Shown: piece by piece, positions 22,690 to 42,895 of the stretch
Numbering within the stretch: the stretch's first letter is position 1
How the letters are laid out: every line of letters begins with the position of its first letter
Origin: Zygnema circumcarinatum SAG 698-1b
Taxonomy: Eukaryota > Plantae > Zygnematophyceae
Assembly (NCBI GenBank): GCA_037447605.1
Contig: CM074816.1
Location: forward strand, 1,950,525-2,014,524
Length of the DNA stretch: 64,000 nt
Reading direction: 5' to 3'
Position numbers and translations under genes: made by a program
The notes under the pieces: model-generated
The model's database searches: none
Seen by the model: only the letters and a program-made list of their open reading frames with translations
Told to the model about the DNA's origin: nothing

Positions 22690-24955
22690 GGCGGGTGGAT
22701 CAGAGGCCCTCCCCTGCGGAGCTGCGATACGGCGGCGGCCGGAGAGGGAGCGGGAGAGAGACAGGGAGAGGGACAGGGGAGGGAGCGGGATCGGGAGAGG
22801 GAGAGGGAGGGCGCCTCCCTCTCTCGACCGCACGCGCGCGCGCCCGCCGTCGCTCCGGGCGGCCCCGGGCAGCCCAAAACATTTCACTGCCCGCACACAC
22901 GAGCTCACGGGGCGCGCCACGTCGACATTCACGGGCAGAAAGAAACAGTTTTCTGCTGCCAAGCGCGGGCACGGCAGTTCGGATAGGCCGTTTTTGTGTC
23001 CGTACGGTACCCTACCGTCCTCTGTCGGCTTGCGGGGCGGCGGGCAACCAATGAACGCTAAGCAAACAGCAATTATAGGGCCGGGCGTCACGCCGGCCAA
23101 TGAGGATCTGCCACGTGGGCACTCGGCGGGCTGTGCACGCAAGCGTGCGAGGGGAGACAGCCATTGCGCCGCGCGCTGAGGGTGCCCCCCCGGCCGCCAC
23201 GTGGCGAAGTGGTGCGGCAGTTCAACGGCGCCTGTTTTGGCGGACTGAACCGGCGCGGCGAGCATGGAACCGCGTCGGTGCGCGCTTCCGAGTGGTTTCG
23301 GCGGGCGAACCGTACTGCTGCCAGCGGGCGGTGGCCGGCGGCGGGGGACGGACCGACCGGACGCTCGTACCGGTACCGTGTGGCTTAAGTGTGGGGAAAT
23401 TGTAGCACAATGAAATTCTTAGGACTGACTGACTGACTGACTGAATGGCTGACTGAGTCGCTCAGAGGCGGGCGGGCGGGCGGCGCGCGCCGTGGTCGTG
23501 TGCTTGTTTGGTTCTGGATGCATGCAAGAACTCTTGTTGGGTTCGCCATTGGTTGGAGCCCCCCGCTTCAGTACACTCCTCACGGTGCAGAGCTTGGGGC
23601 GAGCAAGGCCAGTCCCAGAAGAAGAAGCATTTCAACATACATTGCAAGCGCCTCCTGAGGTGTACAAAGAGTGGAATGACTGCTAAAAAATACTTTGGCT
23701 GTTATTTCAGATGTTTAGCTGACATTGTTAGCGGTGTCTACCACCAGTGAAGGAGATTCTGATGGGCCACGACGCTATTGACAACCGAAGCCATTTGCGC
23801 TTTGCCTCAATACACCTCCAAACCAGGATTGATCATTAGATCGCGCCAAGAATATAAAATGTAAAATAAATTGAATTGAAGCTATGTACATATGTTCCGG
23901 CGGCAGTGCAAGGACAGTGGCCGGGCCATGGCGCCATGGCAGGGCAGCCATGGCCGCCGCGGAGGGAAGCAGACGCGGCGGCGGCGCCCTCTCGGCGGGC
24001 AGGCGGGCGTGCGGCGGGAGGGACGCAGGGGGGTGCGCGGAGGGCCCGGGGGGCGCTCGGCGCACCTGGCCGTACCGTACGAAATTGTCCACGCGTGCAA
24101 GGGTGCGTGCCAAGTGGGAAGTGGATAGGGGCTCTATTGGCGCACTAGACGACACGGGAATCTCGCGTTGGTACTTGTCCTCATCATTACAGAATCATCT
24201 TCGCACGCTCCGACCAATCAGCACGCAGCGCGCGCAGCCAGTCATCGAGCGCCAGCTCAGCAGCTCAGAACGCGGGCGCGGCGCCTTATTGGTCGCTTTA
24301 TTGCATGTGCAAAGACGGTCATCGATTGGCTTACCGGCCGGGACAATGCGCGGAGCGGCGCCATTAGCCACGTGTCCCTCCCTCGTTGTGCGCCGCCCCG
24401 CCCAGCCCCCGCGCACGGCACGGCACGGCTCGAAGGCGCTCCTTCCCTCCCTCCCTCCCTCCCTCCCTCCCCGCTCTTGTGCGTGTGCTGCCAGTCTGCT
24501 GCTGCGACCGCAGCGCCATCGCCATCTCCACCGCCAGAGGAGAAGAGGAGAGGTGCGATCTCGCCCGCCCGCCCGCCCGCCCGCCCGCCATGACCTGTAG
24601 CTTGTCGGGTGCCAGATGTGCTCAGTAAATGAAAGGAAATTCGGGCTTTGACCGAGCACCGTAGACATTCAGTCATGGATGCTGCGCTTGTCAAAAGTAT
24701 TGCAGCCTGCTGTAACGACGATAGTTTCGCAGTGAAGAAGCAAGTAGTGCCTATACTATGACTAGGTAGAAGCTCGAATGTCTGCAGGAAGGTGATACCA
24801 CTCACGCGCAGATGCGATTCTGGCAGCTGACTGAGCATCCCCGCCCTTGCCTGCCACGTGCGCAGGCAGCTTACACCTTCATTAGCTCCAAACGGAACTC
24901 CCTCGCTCCCCGCCTCCGCTGCCCTACGAGCTCCCTACCTCAGGCTTCACTGACC

Positions 24956-29290
<4,335 letters not shown>

Positions 29291-30432
29291 GGCTCACTCC
29301 CACGGCAGGCCTTCGGAATGCAAAGCGAGGCAAACCCTCTTCGCACAAGCGAAGTGCCAAGGACGGTGCCATTGTAGATAACTTGAGCAGGGCCGATTAG
29401 TACACTTCTGAGTTGTACATAGCCTTTTTTGCAGGGTTCGTTGAATTGGGAGTGACAGACAATTGTTCTGATGTAAGCGATTTGTGAAAAAATTAGCATC
29501 GCTGGCAAATGCGGCACGCGGGTGTATAGCTGTTTAAGATAGGGATTCATGTCTTAGAGAGTTCGTGTGTATTGACCCTTTTGCAGCCAAGGGGTGTAAA
29601 TTCCCCTGGAAAATTGTCAAGCAGTCAAAGCAGGCCAGGAATCCCTTGGCAAACCGATGGTAGGGTACAGTAGGGATAGCTTTACAAACTGAAATTGGTT
29701 TTAGTCAGAATGTGGCTTCATGGCAGGCTGCTGGAATTCCGGCACTGCCCCTCCTTCTGGAGAAACATTTCCAACGCATGAGAGAATTCATGCATGCTTG
29801 CTCCTCATTTTCTGTGTCTTCTGCCGGATTCAACTTGTTTATTTCTTTCCATTTGATTCCATTCCATTTTAATGTAGATGACAGTGACCTGTAAAGCTCG
29901 ATTAGATCGAGGATGAGCCATCTCTCAGAATAACTCATCCGCACATTCTCAACAGCCTGCAGAAAAGTGTGTTTCTGCGCCGCGCTTCATTACCTTGAAC
30001 GCGTCCACAACTTCCATCGTCAAAGTGCGCAGCAGGGATGCTTCCTATTGCCGATAAAAAAGCCGCGAATTCCTGGAGCTTGGCTGATACTAGCGTCTGC
30101 GCGAAAGGCACAGGAAGCAATAGCCATTGATCTCGCGGCAGTGGCGCCGTCCCGCCAGCAGCACGTGGCCAGCAGCAGCACGCGACTTTCCCAGGGAGGA
30201 AGGGGAGGCCGCCTCCGCCTCCGCCTCCGCCTCCCTGCCGCGGATGAAGCTCCGGAGGCGGAGATCGAGGGGCCGTTTCCATGTCCTCCGTCCCGTTCGC
30301 AGTTTCCTTGCAAACCAGCCCGATCAGGTTTCTCACCAAAAACTAGGCGCAGTTCGCACGAGCGGCGCCAGCGTGGAACTGGCGGGGAGGTCATCATTGG
30401 GACGGTGACAAACTGGGCCAATAGGAGTGCGC

Positions 30433-30620
30433 CACGTGCATACCACGCGGACTATAACAAATTATCATTATCCATATTGTTGCCACGTGGCAAATGTATT
30501 TAATTGTCACGTGTTGAGAATCACATCCTAAATCCGATCCACGTGGAAGGGATGGAGTCTGCTGCCACGTGAGTGCAGTTGAACACAGAATATTCGCTGT
30601 GGCTACGTGGCAGCCACGTG
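30433..30620. promoter_or_regulatory. Dense G-box array (6 CACGTG + 1 TACGTG) with one P1BS-consensus GAATATTC (30588-30595)
   Basis: Motifs were read directly at 30433, 30484, 30508, 30540, 30566, 30604 and 30615. Confidence 0.5.
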
Positions 30621-31152
30621 GCGTGTTCGTTATGGAGGAGAGCTTCCTCTTCTTTTTTTTTCTTTCTTTTTTTCAAAAACCGAACGGGTCGGGCCTGTGA
30701 ACTTCAGAAAGAAAACTGGACAAGAAATGGAACTGAGAATATGGAAATGAGCCCTCGCTGGAGGTCAACTGTATTAGTGGAGCATTACGGTAACTGTACA
30801 CATGGCTCGGAGGCGGCCCTCGTCGCCCAGCGCCCGTTGCGTGCCTCCGCCATGGCCATGGCCACTGGCAGGAGGACGCAGAGCAGAGCCTGCTTGCAAA
30901 CGTGCCAGAGCTCCAGGCCTACATCGATCACAAATCCTAACTCAATTTCGACATTACAACGCGTGCGCTTCTTCGCGTAATCCAGGTATGTACAGAGTGC
31001 GATGGAGATGACGGAGCTGTGAGGACGCGCAGGAGAAAGGGAAAGCAGGGAAGCAGCGAAGGGCAACCAGGAAGTTGTCCACGTGACACCGTCCTCCACA
31101 AGCACTCCGATGCTTCCGAAGTCGTGCATGAGAGTCCGGCGGTGTCGAAGAA

Positions 31153-32067
31153 TCATTGAATTGGCACGGAAGCAAATGACCTGAAGTAGCGCAACACTTC
31201 TCCCGTCCAGTCCTCGACAGTGGGGTCTATGTGAAGCATATGGCTCCCATTTCTGAAAAACTTAAAGGAGCCCTGCGTATACGTCCGCAGCGAGTACGCC
31301 GCCACTCGCGGGTTGAGGGCGGACATGAGGAAGTCCGGGCAGTCCGCGGTGAGGTCCCCCATTTGCAGCTCCAGGGGAACCGTGATCCCCTCGATAGCTT
31401 CCGTTATGTCAATGTCCATCTCTGCTAATGTTTGCTCGCAGTCATCGATGTCAAAAGCTCGCTGAGCGGCACTCGAGCTCATGGCCATGGGCAGGATGCC
31501 CACTGCCGCCGTGTCAAAAGCGAGGAACTCGGCATCCGTCATGTTGCGCAGGTCCCTCACCGGTTCGCCGAGGGTCTGCTCCACCAGAAGCGACGACGTG
31601 ACATTCGGGGCAGCGCCAGCTGCGCGCTTCCATGGCGGCTCCTCCAGAATGAGCGCTCGGATGAGGTCCGGGCGAAGCTTGGCGACTCGAGCAGCAGTCG
31701 CGCCGCCCATGGAGTGGCCCATGAGGAAGACGGGCTTCCCTTTGCCGAATTTCTCGATCACCGCCACCGCATCTGCGACAAGGTTCTCCATCATGAAGGA
31801 GCCCTTCGGAATGGGAGACGAATTTCCGTGGCCTCGCGCATCAGGCAGAACCACCTCGAAGTCCCGCGTGAAGCTAGTCGCCGGCGATACGAGTGTTCCG
31901 CCGCTCATGACGAGGCCGTGCAGAAAGACGAGGATGGGCAGCGCAGCAGCGACAGTGAGCGTGCTCAGGTCGCCATGCGGCAGGCTCTGGTAATAGTGGA
32001 TGCTGATGTTGTTGGCGGTGAAGAAGCCGGACTGCCACATGTTGTCTCCGGCGGCCATGACGGCCAT
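31153..32067 (-). CDS. Intronless alpha/beta-fold hydrolase (Abhydrolase_1/6-like), ~304 aa, no signal peptide
   Basis: A single ORF starts at GCCGCCATGG and reads WQSGFFTANNISIHYY, FLHGL, VVLPDARGHGNS, elbow GHSMGG, ALILEEPP and a C-terminal SHMLH. Confidence 0.9.
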   Translation of the reverse strand: MAVMAAGDNMWQSGFFTANNISIHYYQSLPHGDLSTLTVAAALPILVFLHGLVMSGGTLVSPATSFTRDFEVVLPDARGHGNSSPIPKGSFMMENLVADAVAVIEKFGKGKPVFLMGHSMGGATAARVAKLRPDLIRALILEEPPWKRAAGAAPNVTSSLLVEQTLGEPVRDLRNMTDAEFLAFDTAAVGILPMAMSSSAAQRAFDIDDCEQTLAEMDIDITEAIEGITVPLELQMGDLTADCPDFLMSALNPRVAAYSLRTYTQGSFKFFRNGSHMLHIDPTVEDWTGEVLRYFRSFASVPIQ

Positions 32068-32376
32068 GGCGGCTATGGCTCCCTGACTCTGCCCTCCCCG
32101 TCCCGTACCGCCTCCCTCGTCCGCCGCCGCTGCTTTTGCCCTTTTGCTCTCCGTACGCACTTATTCGCGCCGACTGAAATTGTACGGCACGTCCCTCTCT
32201 GATTGGTCCGCGGAGCCAGTCCCCGCCAATGAGGAAAAACGGTGGCGCGCGCGGTGCAGCGACAGCCAATCAGCGACGTCTCGCACACGTGCGGTAGAAC
32301 GCGGAGTCGCCTGTTGGGCTCCGCGGGGCAGCCCCTGCCTGCCGGCCTGCCTGCGGCGAGGCCATGGCCATGGCAT

Positions 32377-32470
32377 GGTCCTTTGGGACCAGTTCCTCGT
32401 GGTTCTTCCCCATGCTGGTTTTATCCATGCACATTTGATGGCCTCGCCATCGTGAGATCAATGCCACATC
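32377..32470 (-). repeat. Dispersed ~92-bp repeat, copy 2
   Basis: GATGTGGCATTGATCTCACGATGGCGAGGCCATCAAATGTGCATGGA..GAACCACGAGGAACTGG matches 264-354. Confidence 0.85.
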
Positions 32471-33372
32471 CATGTACATTCTCATGGCCATGGCCATGGC
32501 CATGGCTGGGCGGAGGGGCGGGCGCTGGAGAACGCGCTCGCGCCGCTGCGGGACAGACAGCTGGCTAGCTGCCGCAAGGGAAGGGGAGGGAGGGGGGGGG
32601 GCGGCCATGGCCGGCCCGCCCCGCCCTTCACTCGGTGAAAGGGCAGGCGGCACCAGAAAGGCGCAGTCGCCCCCGGGTCTTGGAGGTCGCAGCTCGCTCT
32701 GAAGGGCTTTAGAATGTAAGGGGACGCGCCCAGCGCACGCACGTGCCGACATGGCCTCCGCGCAGAGTCGTGGGAGTCTGCAGACCTGCCTGTCCATTAA
32801 TGGTTCATGCCCGCCTTGAACTTTCCCTATGGCGCTTTGCAGGGGACGATAATCGGCTTTTCGTGAACTGTTAAGATAACCTACGGCATGTCAGAACGTT
32901 TTATGTAATTGGGAAAACGCCTTCACGTGTATGGCCCGCCTTTGCATTAGCGGTAACTCGAGTATAGGATTCCATCGCCTTTGCAGAAACAGGGACAAGG
33001 TGAAAGTAGGAATCGGGAAAGCCAGTCAAAACAGTGCCAAGATTCACACACAACAAGTAGTGGCAGTGGCCTGGTTTAGTTTTCTTGATGGTTTTTAGGG
33101 TTTTTAGGGCTACCCATGGAAGCATGGAAGTCGGCTCTGCGGGCTTTATGGCTGCGGCATGCAATCACACTTTACGATGAGACGCCGGCACTCACTGCCG
33201 AAAGAAGCCGAGTTCTGTTAGGGAAGGTCTGAACCCTTTTGCCCAATACTGGCGGTCACATTCCCTTCTGCACCGCTAAGCGCAACTATACATGAAGGAA
33301 GGTACCTGATTGCAAAAAAGTTTACTCTACCGGCCCACTAGCATACTATGTGAAAGATGATGATGCTGCGGG

Positions 33373-33450
33373 TTGTACGGACTGTTGTACGAAAACCATA
33401 CGGATGGTTGTACGGACAGGTGTACGGATACTGTACGGAATATGTACGGG
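33373..33450. promoter_or_regulatory. Homotypic array of SBP/SPL-type sites (6x TGTACG; three match TTGTACGNA exactly)
   Basis: The sites are TTGTACGGA 33373, TTGTACGAA 33385, TTGTACGGA 33408, GTGTACGGA 33420, CTGTACGGA 33431 and ATGTACGGG 33442. TTGTACGNA is the reverse complement of the SBP consensus TNCGTACAA. Confidence 0.55.
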
Positions 33451-34102
33451 CGAAAGAGAGACTGCGCGTGTGAGAGAGTTCAGGAAGGTCTGTGCAGGAA
33501 GAGAAGTGTCAGGCGGAGGAGAAGCGTCTGGCGAAGCGTCGCAAATGTATGGTGCTCAGGAAGGAGGATTCAGAAAGGAGAATTCTGGAAGCTTAGACAT
33601 TGGGTAGAAAAGAAGCGCTGCGCAGATGTAGAAGACAGTGAAGAGAGAACAGGAAGAGAGAAGAGAGGATGAAGTGATCTGTAATGAGGCCTCATATGAA
33701 ATAAAGAAGTGTTTATGAGTTGTGTGTTGATTTTGTGAGAACATGTGTTTTGTATGTCAAGCTTGAATGTGTTCTCTTCTGTCACATACTAACCTCCAGC
33801 GCATGTACAGCTGCCGTCCAGTAATACACGAAGCAACCTGCCTTTCCTATCTCCCAGCTTGCTGAATGCACTATCCTTAAAGAATTGAGAGATAAACTTA
33901 AAGAATTACACTCTCCTGCCACTAACGCACAACACGCTATCTGGCCGTTCAAGAGAAACGACTTGAATTAAGCGTCCCTATGGACCATCCTAACATGCGA
34001 CTCCTTCAATCTACTAAAGTCACGGCTGTTCTAACGAGTGGCAGACCTCCCAATTCTTGCTAGTTAATCCGGCAGACTGTTCCGAGAAGACTACTTACTT
34101 TC

Positions 34103-38503
<4,401 letters not shown>

Positions 38504-39352
38504 GGCGGCGGGAGCTGCTCCTCGCTCGCTCTCTCTCTCTCTGGGAACGGACGAAGGCGGCCGCGAGGGAGAGAAGGCGAGAGAGAAGGGGGGGAGGGGA
38601 GGGAGAAGCCACGTGGTGGTGGCGACTGGCGAGCGCTCTGATTGGCGGAGGAAGGACGTGGAGGTACGCGTGTCGGTGCGATAATGGCGACGTTCGACAC
38701 GTGGCAATATATTATTGGACCGTATTGAGCAGTAGCGACCAAAAAGTACGGAACCCCGCGACGTGGCGACAAAATGTCGGCGACCGGGCGTCGCTGAGCG
38801 GAGGCGCGCACGGAGCGGGCCGTACGACCGTACGGCCGCACGAGGCGCAAGTGGGCGGGCGACGTCGGCCAGTCGCGCGGCGCCGCGCCCGGGAGATGCG
38901 GAAGGGCCGCCACGTCGCCCGGCGGCCGGATAAACGGCCCCGGCGGCCGCCACTATTGCACTCAGCCCCCGCTCGGCCCTCTCGCTCTCACTCTCTCCCT
39001 CTCTCCCTCTCCCTCCTTCTCTTCCTGCTCGTTGGTTGCCTCTCTTGAAGCCGTTAAGCTTTCTCTTTCGGATTCTTTGTGCTGCGCAACGCCGCTCAGC
39101 AGTGGTGGTCGTGCCCGTCGGTGCCATCTGCACAAGGTAAAAGGCACAACCAAAGGTTCAAGCTGAGCCCCAAGTGCAGGACAGAGTGGAACACTTGAGA
39201 ATTTTCAGTTTCCTACGCTAAAGCTAGCTACGTGAGAAGAGGCAGAACTGAGAACTGCAGCATCTGCAGAGCAGTGCAGGTCCCTGACCTCGCCGCCCCC
39301 CCTGGCGCACATGCATGGTGTGCAGGCCCGAGGCACAGGTACAGGCACAGCC
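38504..39352. promoter_or_regulatory. Bidirectional promoter shared by CE2 (-) and MCO-b (+)
   Basis: Divergent ATGs are ~850 bp apart. The region has CCACGTGG, GACACGTGG, ATTGG (CCAAT) boxes and CCGTACGACCGTACGG at ~38820-38835. Confidence 0.6.
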
Positions 39353-42300
39353 ATGGCCATGGCCACGGCCCTGCGCCCCGCCCTCCCCCTCCTCCTCCTC
39401 CTCCTCGTGGCGGCCTCGGCCTCCGCCGCCCGCCCGGTGGGGGACGCCGACGCTGCGCAGGCCAAGCGTCGCCTCGCGGAGGCGGACACCGCCGCAGGTG
39501 CGCCTATCCCTACTACTCCCACGTCTCTCTTTCTGACTCCCTCTCCATCTCTCTCTCCCTATTCTCTCCCAAGCAGACAAATAAACTCCACGTCTTTTTT
39601 CAACCCCAGTGCCTATGTTTCCATGTTTTTCTACCTTCGCTTCTCCATTTTTTTCCTCACCTGCTGATGCTCCTCCGCTCTTTATATGTTTGCTCCTCTC
39701 ATCTCTCATACGATCTCCCTCTATAGCATTGTGAAACAGTTTACTGCCAGGCAGAGTGTGGCAAAAGCGGCATCGCTGGCAACCCAGACTGAGCTGCGGA
39801 GTGCTGCCTCGTGTGCAGGTGACAAGTTCAAGGGCATCCCGGAGGACTTGGAGTGCATGAGCGAGTTTCCGACCATGTGCAAGTTCGTGGACGAGATGCC
39901 CGTGCCCGCGGAGATTGATGTCTCTACGGGGGTTATGCTCACGCTTGGCGCTTACAACATTGAAAATGTACATCCTCCTTGCCTCTTTTCCTCCAGTCTA
40001 GCAAGTGAGAGTCCTCGCTTCCAGGTGCAGACTTTGAATGAAAAAAAAAGTTCATTAGCGAAGAGGCTGCTACATCGACGAAGGAGCTGTTGCGTGTGTG
40101 AGTGCAGACGACCATGTGCCGCCAAGAACAGATGGCCATATGCCATCTATTCGTCGGCCATTGCTCGATGCTTGAACCTTTCGTCACTGAGAACGGACGG
40201 AAGAGTCGCAATCTTAGCTGAAATCAGATCATGTCTCAGATGCTGGCATGGTTTACCGTATAGGAGCTCGGAAATATCACTGCCCCCGCACTTATTTCCG
40301 CGTGCCCTCCCTCCCTCCCTCCCTCCCTCCTCCCTCCTTCCCTCACTACGGGCATTATGTGGAGCAGGTGCTGCACCGCGATCTGCTGCCGGCGAAGATG
40401 TACGGCTACGGCCCTTCAAAAGAGTCCGCTTCCTCTCCCGGGCCCACCCTGGTGGCCCGCCGCCATGTTCAAGCACACGTGAAGTGGGAGAACTACTTGG
40501 TGGATACGGACTACACCTACCCCGACGAGATTGCCAGTCTTGTCACACCAGGCAGCATTCCCATCTGTGAGTTCATATCCTGGGACGAGCTTTCCTTGTC
40601 AAGCGTTTGGAGCCATGGCTTTTTCGTTGAGAACTCGCATGGTTGACCTTCAATGGGAGGAAAAAAAAAAAATCCGGTCGTGAAGTGGGTGCAGCAAAAC
40701 TGACACAAATGAAGCTCGTTCCTACAGCCTTGAAGCTCATACTGCGTTGCTTTTTTCTAACCTGCAGCCATGCACCTCCATGGCGGAGAGACCGAGCCTC
40801 AGTCTGACGGTCACGCCGACGGGTGGTTCACGGTGACCGGCGAGACGGGCAGCAAGCACGTGTCGGATACGCACACATACCACAACTCGCAGCCGCCCGC
40901 CACGCTTTGGTATCACGACCACACCGTCGCCATGACCGCACACAATGTCTACTTTGGTAAGCAGCACACTAAAGACCTTCTTGGCTGGGGGGTGTCTCTC
41001 TCGCCACTCAGCTCAGCTGGCCATTGGGCTTGGGCTGGAAGTGCAACGAATGAGGGAGAGTGTCGGACTGCTCATTCTTTGCTCCGCTTAACTACGGGAG
41101 GGAGGGGGGGTCTCGGAACAGGATTGGCGGGCTTCTACCTCGTGCAAGACCCTGATGGTGATGAGTATGGATTCACTCTTCCCGCCAAGGAGTTCGACAT
41201 TCCGCTGGTCATTCAAAACAAGCAGGTCGAGGGAGACGGCTCGCTGCATTCTTCCGAGCACGTGGAGACCGTGGAAGTCGTGACTACCGGGTTGATGCTT
41301 GTGAATGGAAAGGTGCTTCCTTCCAGCTCAGCGAATGATTGACCCTCTGGTTCCCTTCGAGAGAAACAGCGTAACCTCCAAACCTAAATGTGTGAACCCA
41401 ACTGACGCTATGTTAGCTGTGTTGCTCTTCCAGTCATGGCCTTACTTGAACGTCGAGCGGACCATGTATCGTTTCCGCATCCTCAACGGAGCTAACCTTC
41501 TTCTCCTCAACATCAGCTTCCTTGCTGTCAACTCAACCTCCAAGGCACAGGCCGGAAAGGGCCTCAATTTCACGATCCCTGAGGGTACCTATCTTGAATA
41601 CCAGCAAATTGCATCTGATGGCGGGTATCTCAATCAGCCTGTGCCGATGAATAAGGTCCTGATGGGACCTGCAGAGCGTGTCGAAATCCTTGTGGATTTC
41701 TCCGGTCTCGAACAGACCACTGAACCAACAGAGATTTTCCTTATCAATTCTGGTGATATTGCGACATCTGATAGCGGGATTCCCCAGGATTCGAACATGG
41801 GTGTGTTGGCGAAGTTCATCATAAACCCTAAGTCTAAAAGTATCCCCCCCCCGGCGATTCCGAAGCGTCTCGGGAACGTCCCCAAGCCGTCCGTGGCGAG
41901 CGCCGTACGGACGCGGTGGCTGACGCTGACGGAGATGGCGGGCGAGGACGACCGCATCCATCTGCTCGGCATGCACCGATGGACGGACGAACCCACGGAG
42001 GTTTTGCGCGAGGTAGGGCAGCTTTGACACTTGCTGCTGCCCTTCCACTGCGGTATCTTGTCGAATTTTCCGTGGTCCCTGGTTTAGTGTGAACTCCCTT
42101 CTTCTCCCTTCCTGTTTTAAGGATCTTTTACAGCCGTCGCGAAGAGACTCGGCGCTGAAACAGAGTGCTCGGTTGCTGCGTGCAGGGGAGCACGGAGGTG
42201 TGGGCGCTTGTGAACCTCACGCCGCAGACGCACACGATTCACATCCATGTCACCAAATTTCAGCTCATCAGCCGTCAGGCCTTCGACATTGACGCATATG

Positions 42301-42895
42301 TCGCAAAGAACTGCTCTTTCCTGGACCCTATCACTAAAGGCTCCTGCTTCAACGAGACGCTAGCCATGCCACAACCCGGCAGTGAGGAGGGATGGAAGGA
42401 CACCATTCTCGTGCAAGGCTATGAGGTCACCATGATCATCTTGAGCGCCATGACGCAGGTGGGACGCCTTCGCCAGCAGATAGGCGCTTTTCATCATTAT
42501 ATCGATCTTGACAGAATCATAATAATCTCATAACTAAAACGCCAATAGCATAATTGCTCATACATTCGACGCAATGAGTTCCGTTTCCCTTTCAATCTTT
42601 CCAACCTCACACCATGTTTGCCTGCCAATGCCCTTTGCTCCGCTAACGGCTGGATTGTTTCGTTTCGGATCGGCAACGCTAATCTTTTTTCGTGCCATGT
42701 CGCGTGCAGGACGGGCAGCGTTTCCCCTTCGACCCCTCAGCCTTCCCGGGCTACGTGTGGCACTGCCACATGACGGAGCATGAAGACTACGAGATGATGC
42801 GTCCGCTTATCATTTTGCCGCCGGTGCAGGAGACAACCGCCGACTCGCTTCTCGAGAACAATGACTACCCTTCGCTGGACCTTGTGGAGGACTAA
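39353..42895 (+). CDS. Secreted three-domain multicopper oxidase, CotA/LPR-like (MCO-b), multi-exon
   Basis: The signal peptide MAMATALRPALPLLLLLLVAASASA is followed by CKFVDEMP, LHRDL, MHLHGG, WYHDH, SWPYLNVERTMYRFRILN, HTIHIH, GWKDT and YVWHCHMTEHEDYEMMRP. The stop is TAA at 42893-42895. Confidence 0.93.

Noticed and set aside
22123-24838. Many overlapping GC-rich ORFs around the CE1 and GH1 starts (likewise 37953-39133, 44766-45935)
   Set aside because: They are antisense or shifted frames of GC-rich first exons and promoters.
30800-30990. Exon-like stretch HGHGHWQEDAEQSLLANVPELQAYIDHKS*LNFDITTRALLRVIQ ending at CAG|gtatgt
   Set aside because: It has in-frame stops, no acceptor or partner exons, and no family I can name.
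33091-33109. TTTTTAGGG twice (similar at 43351-43365), telomere-like
   Set aside because: Only one to two units with five Ts, which is too short to call an interstitial telomere.
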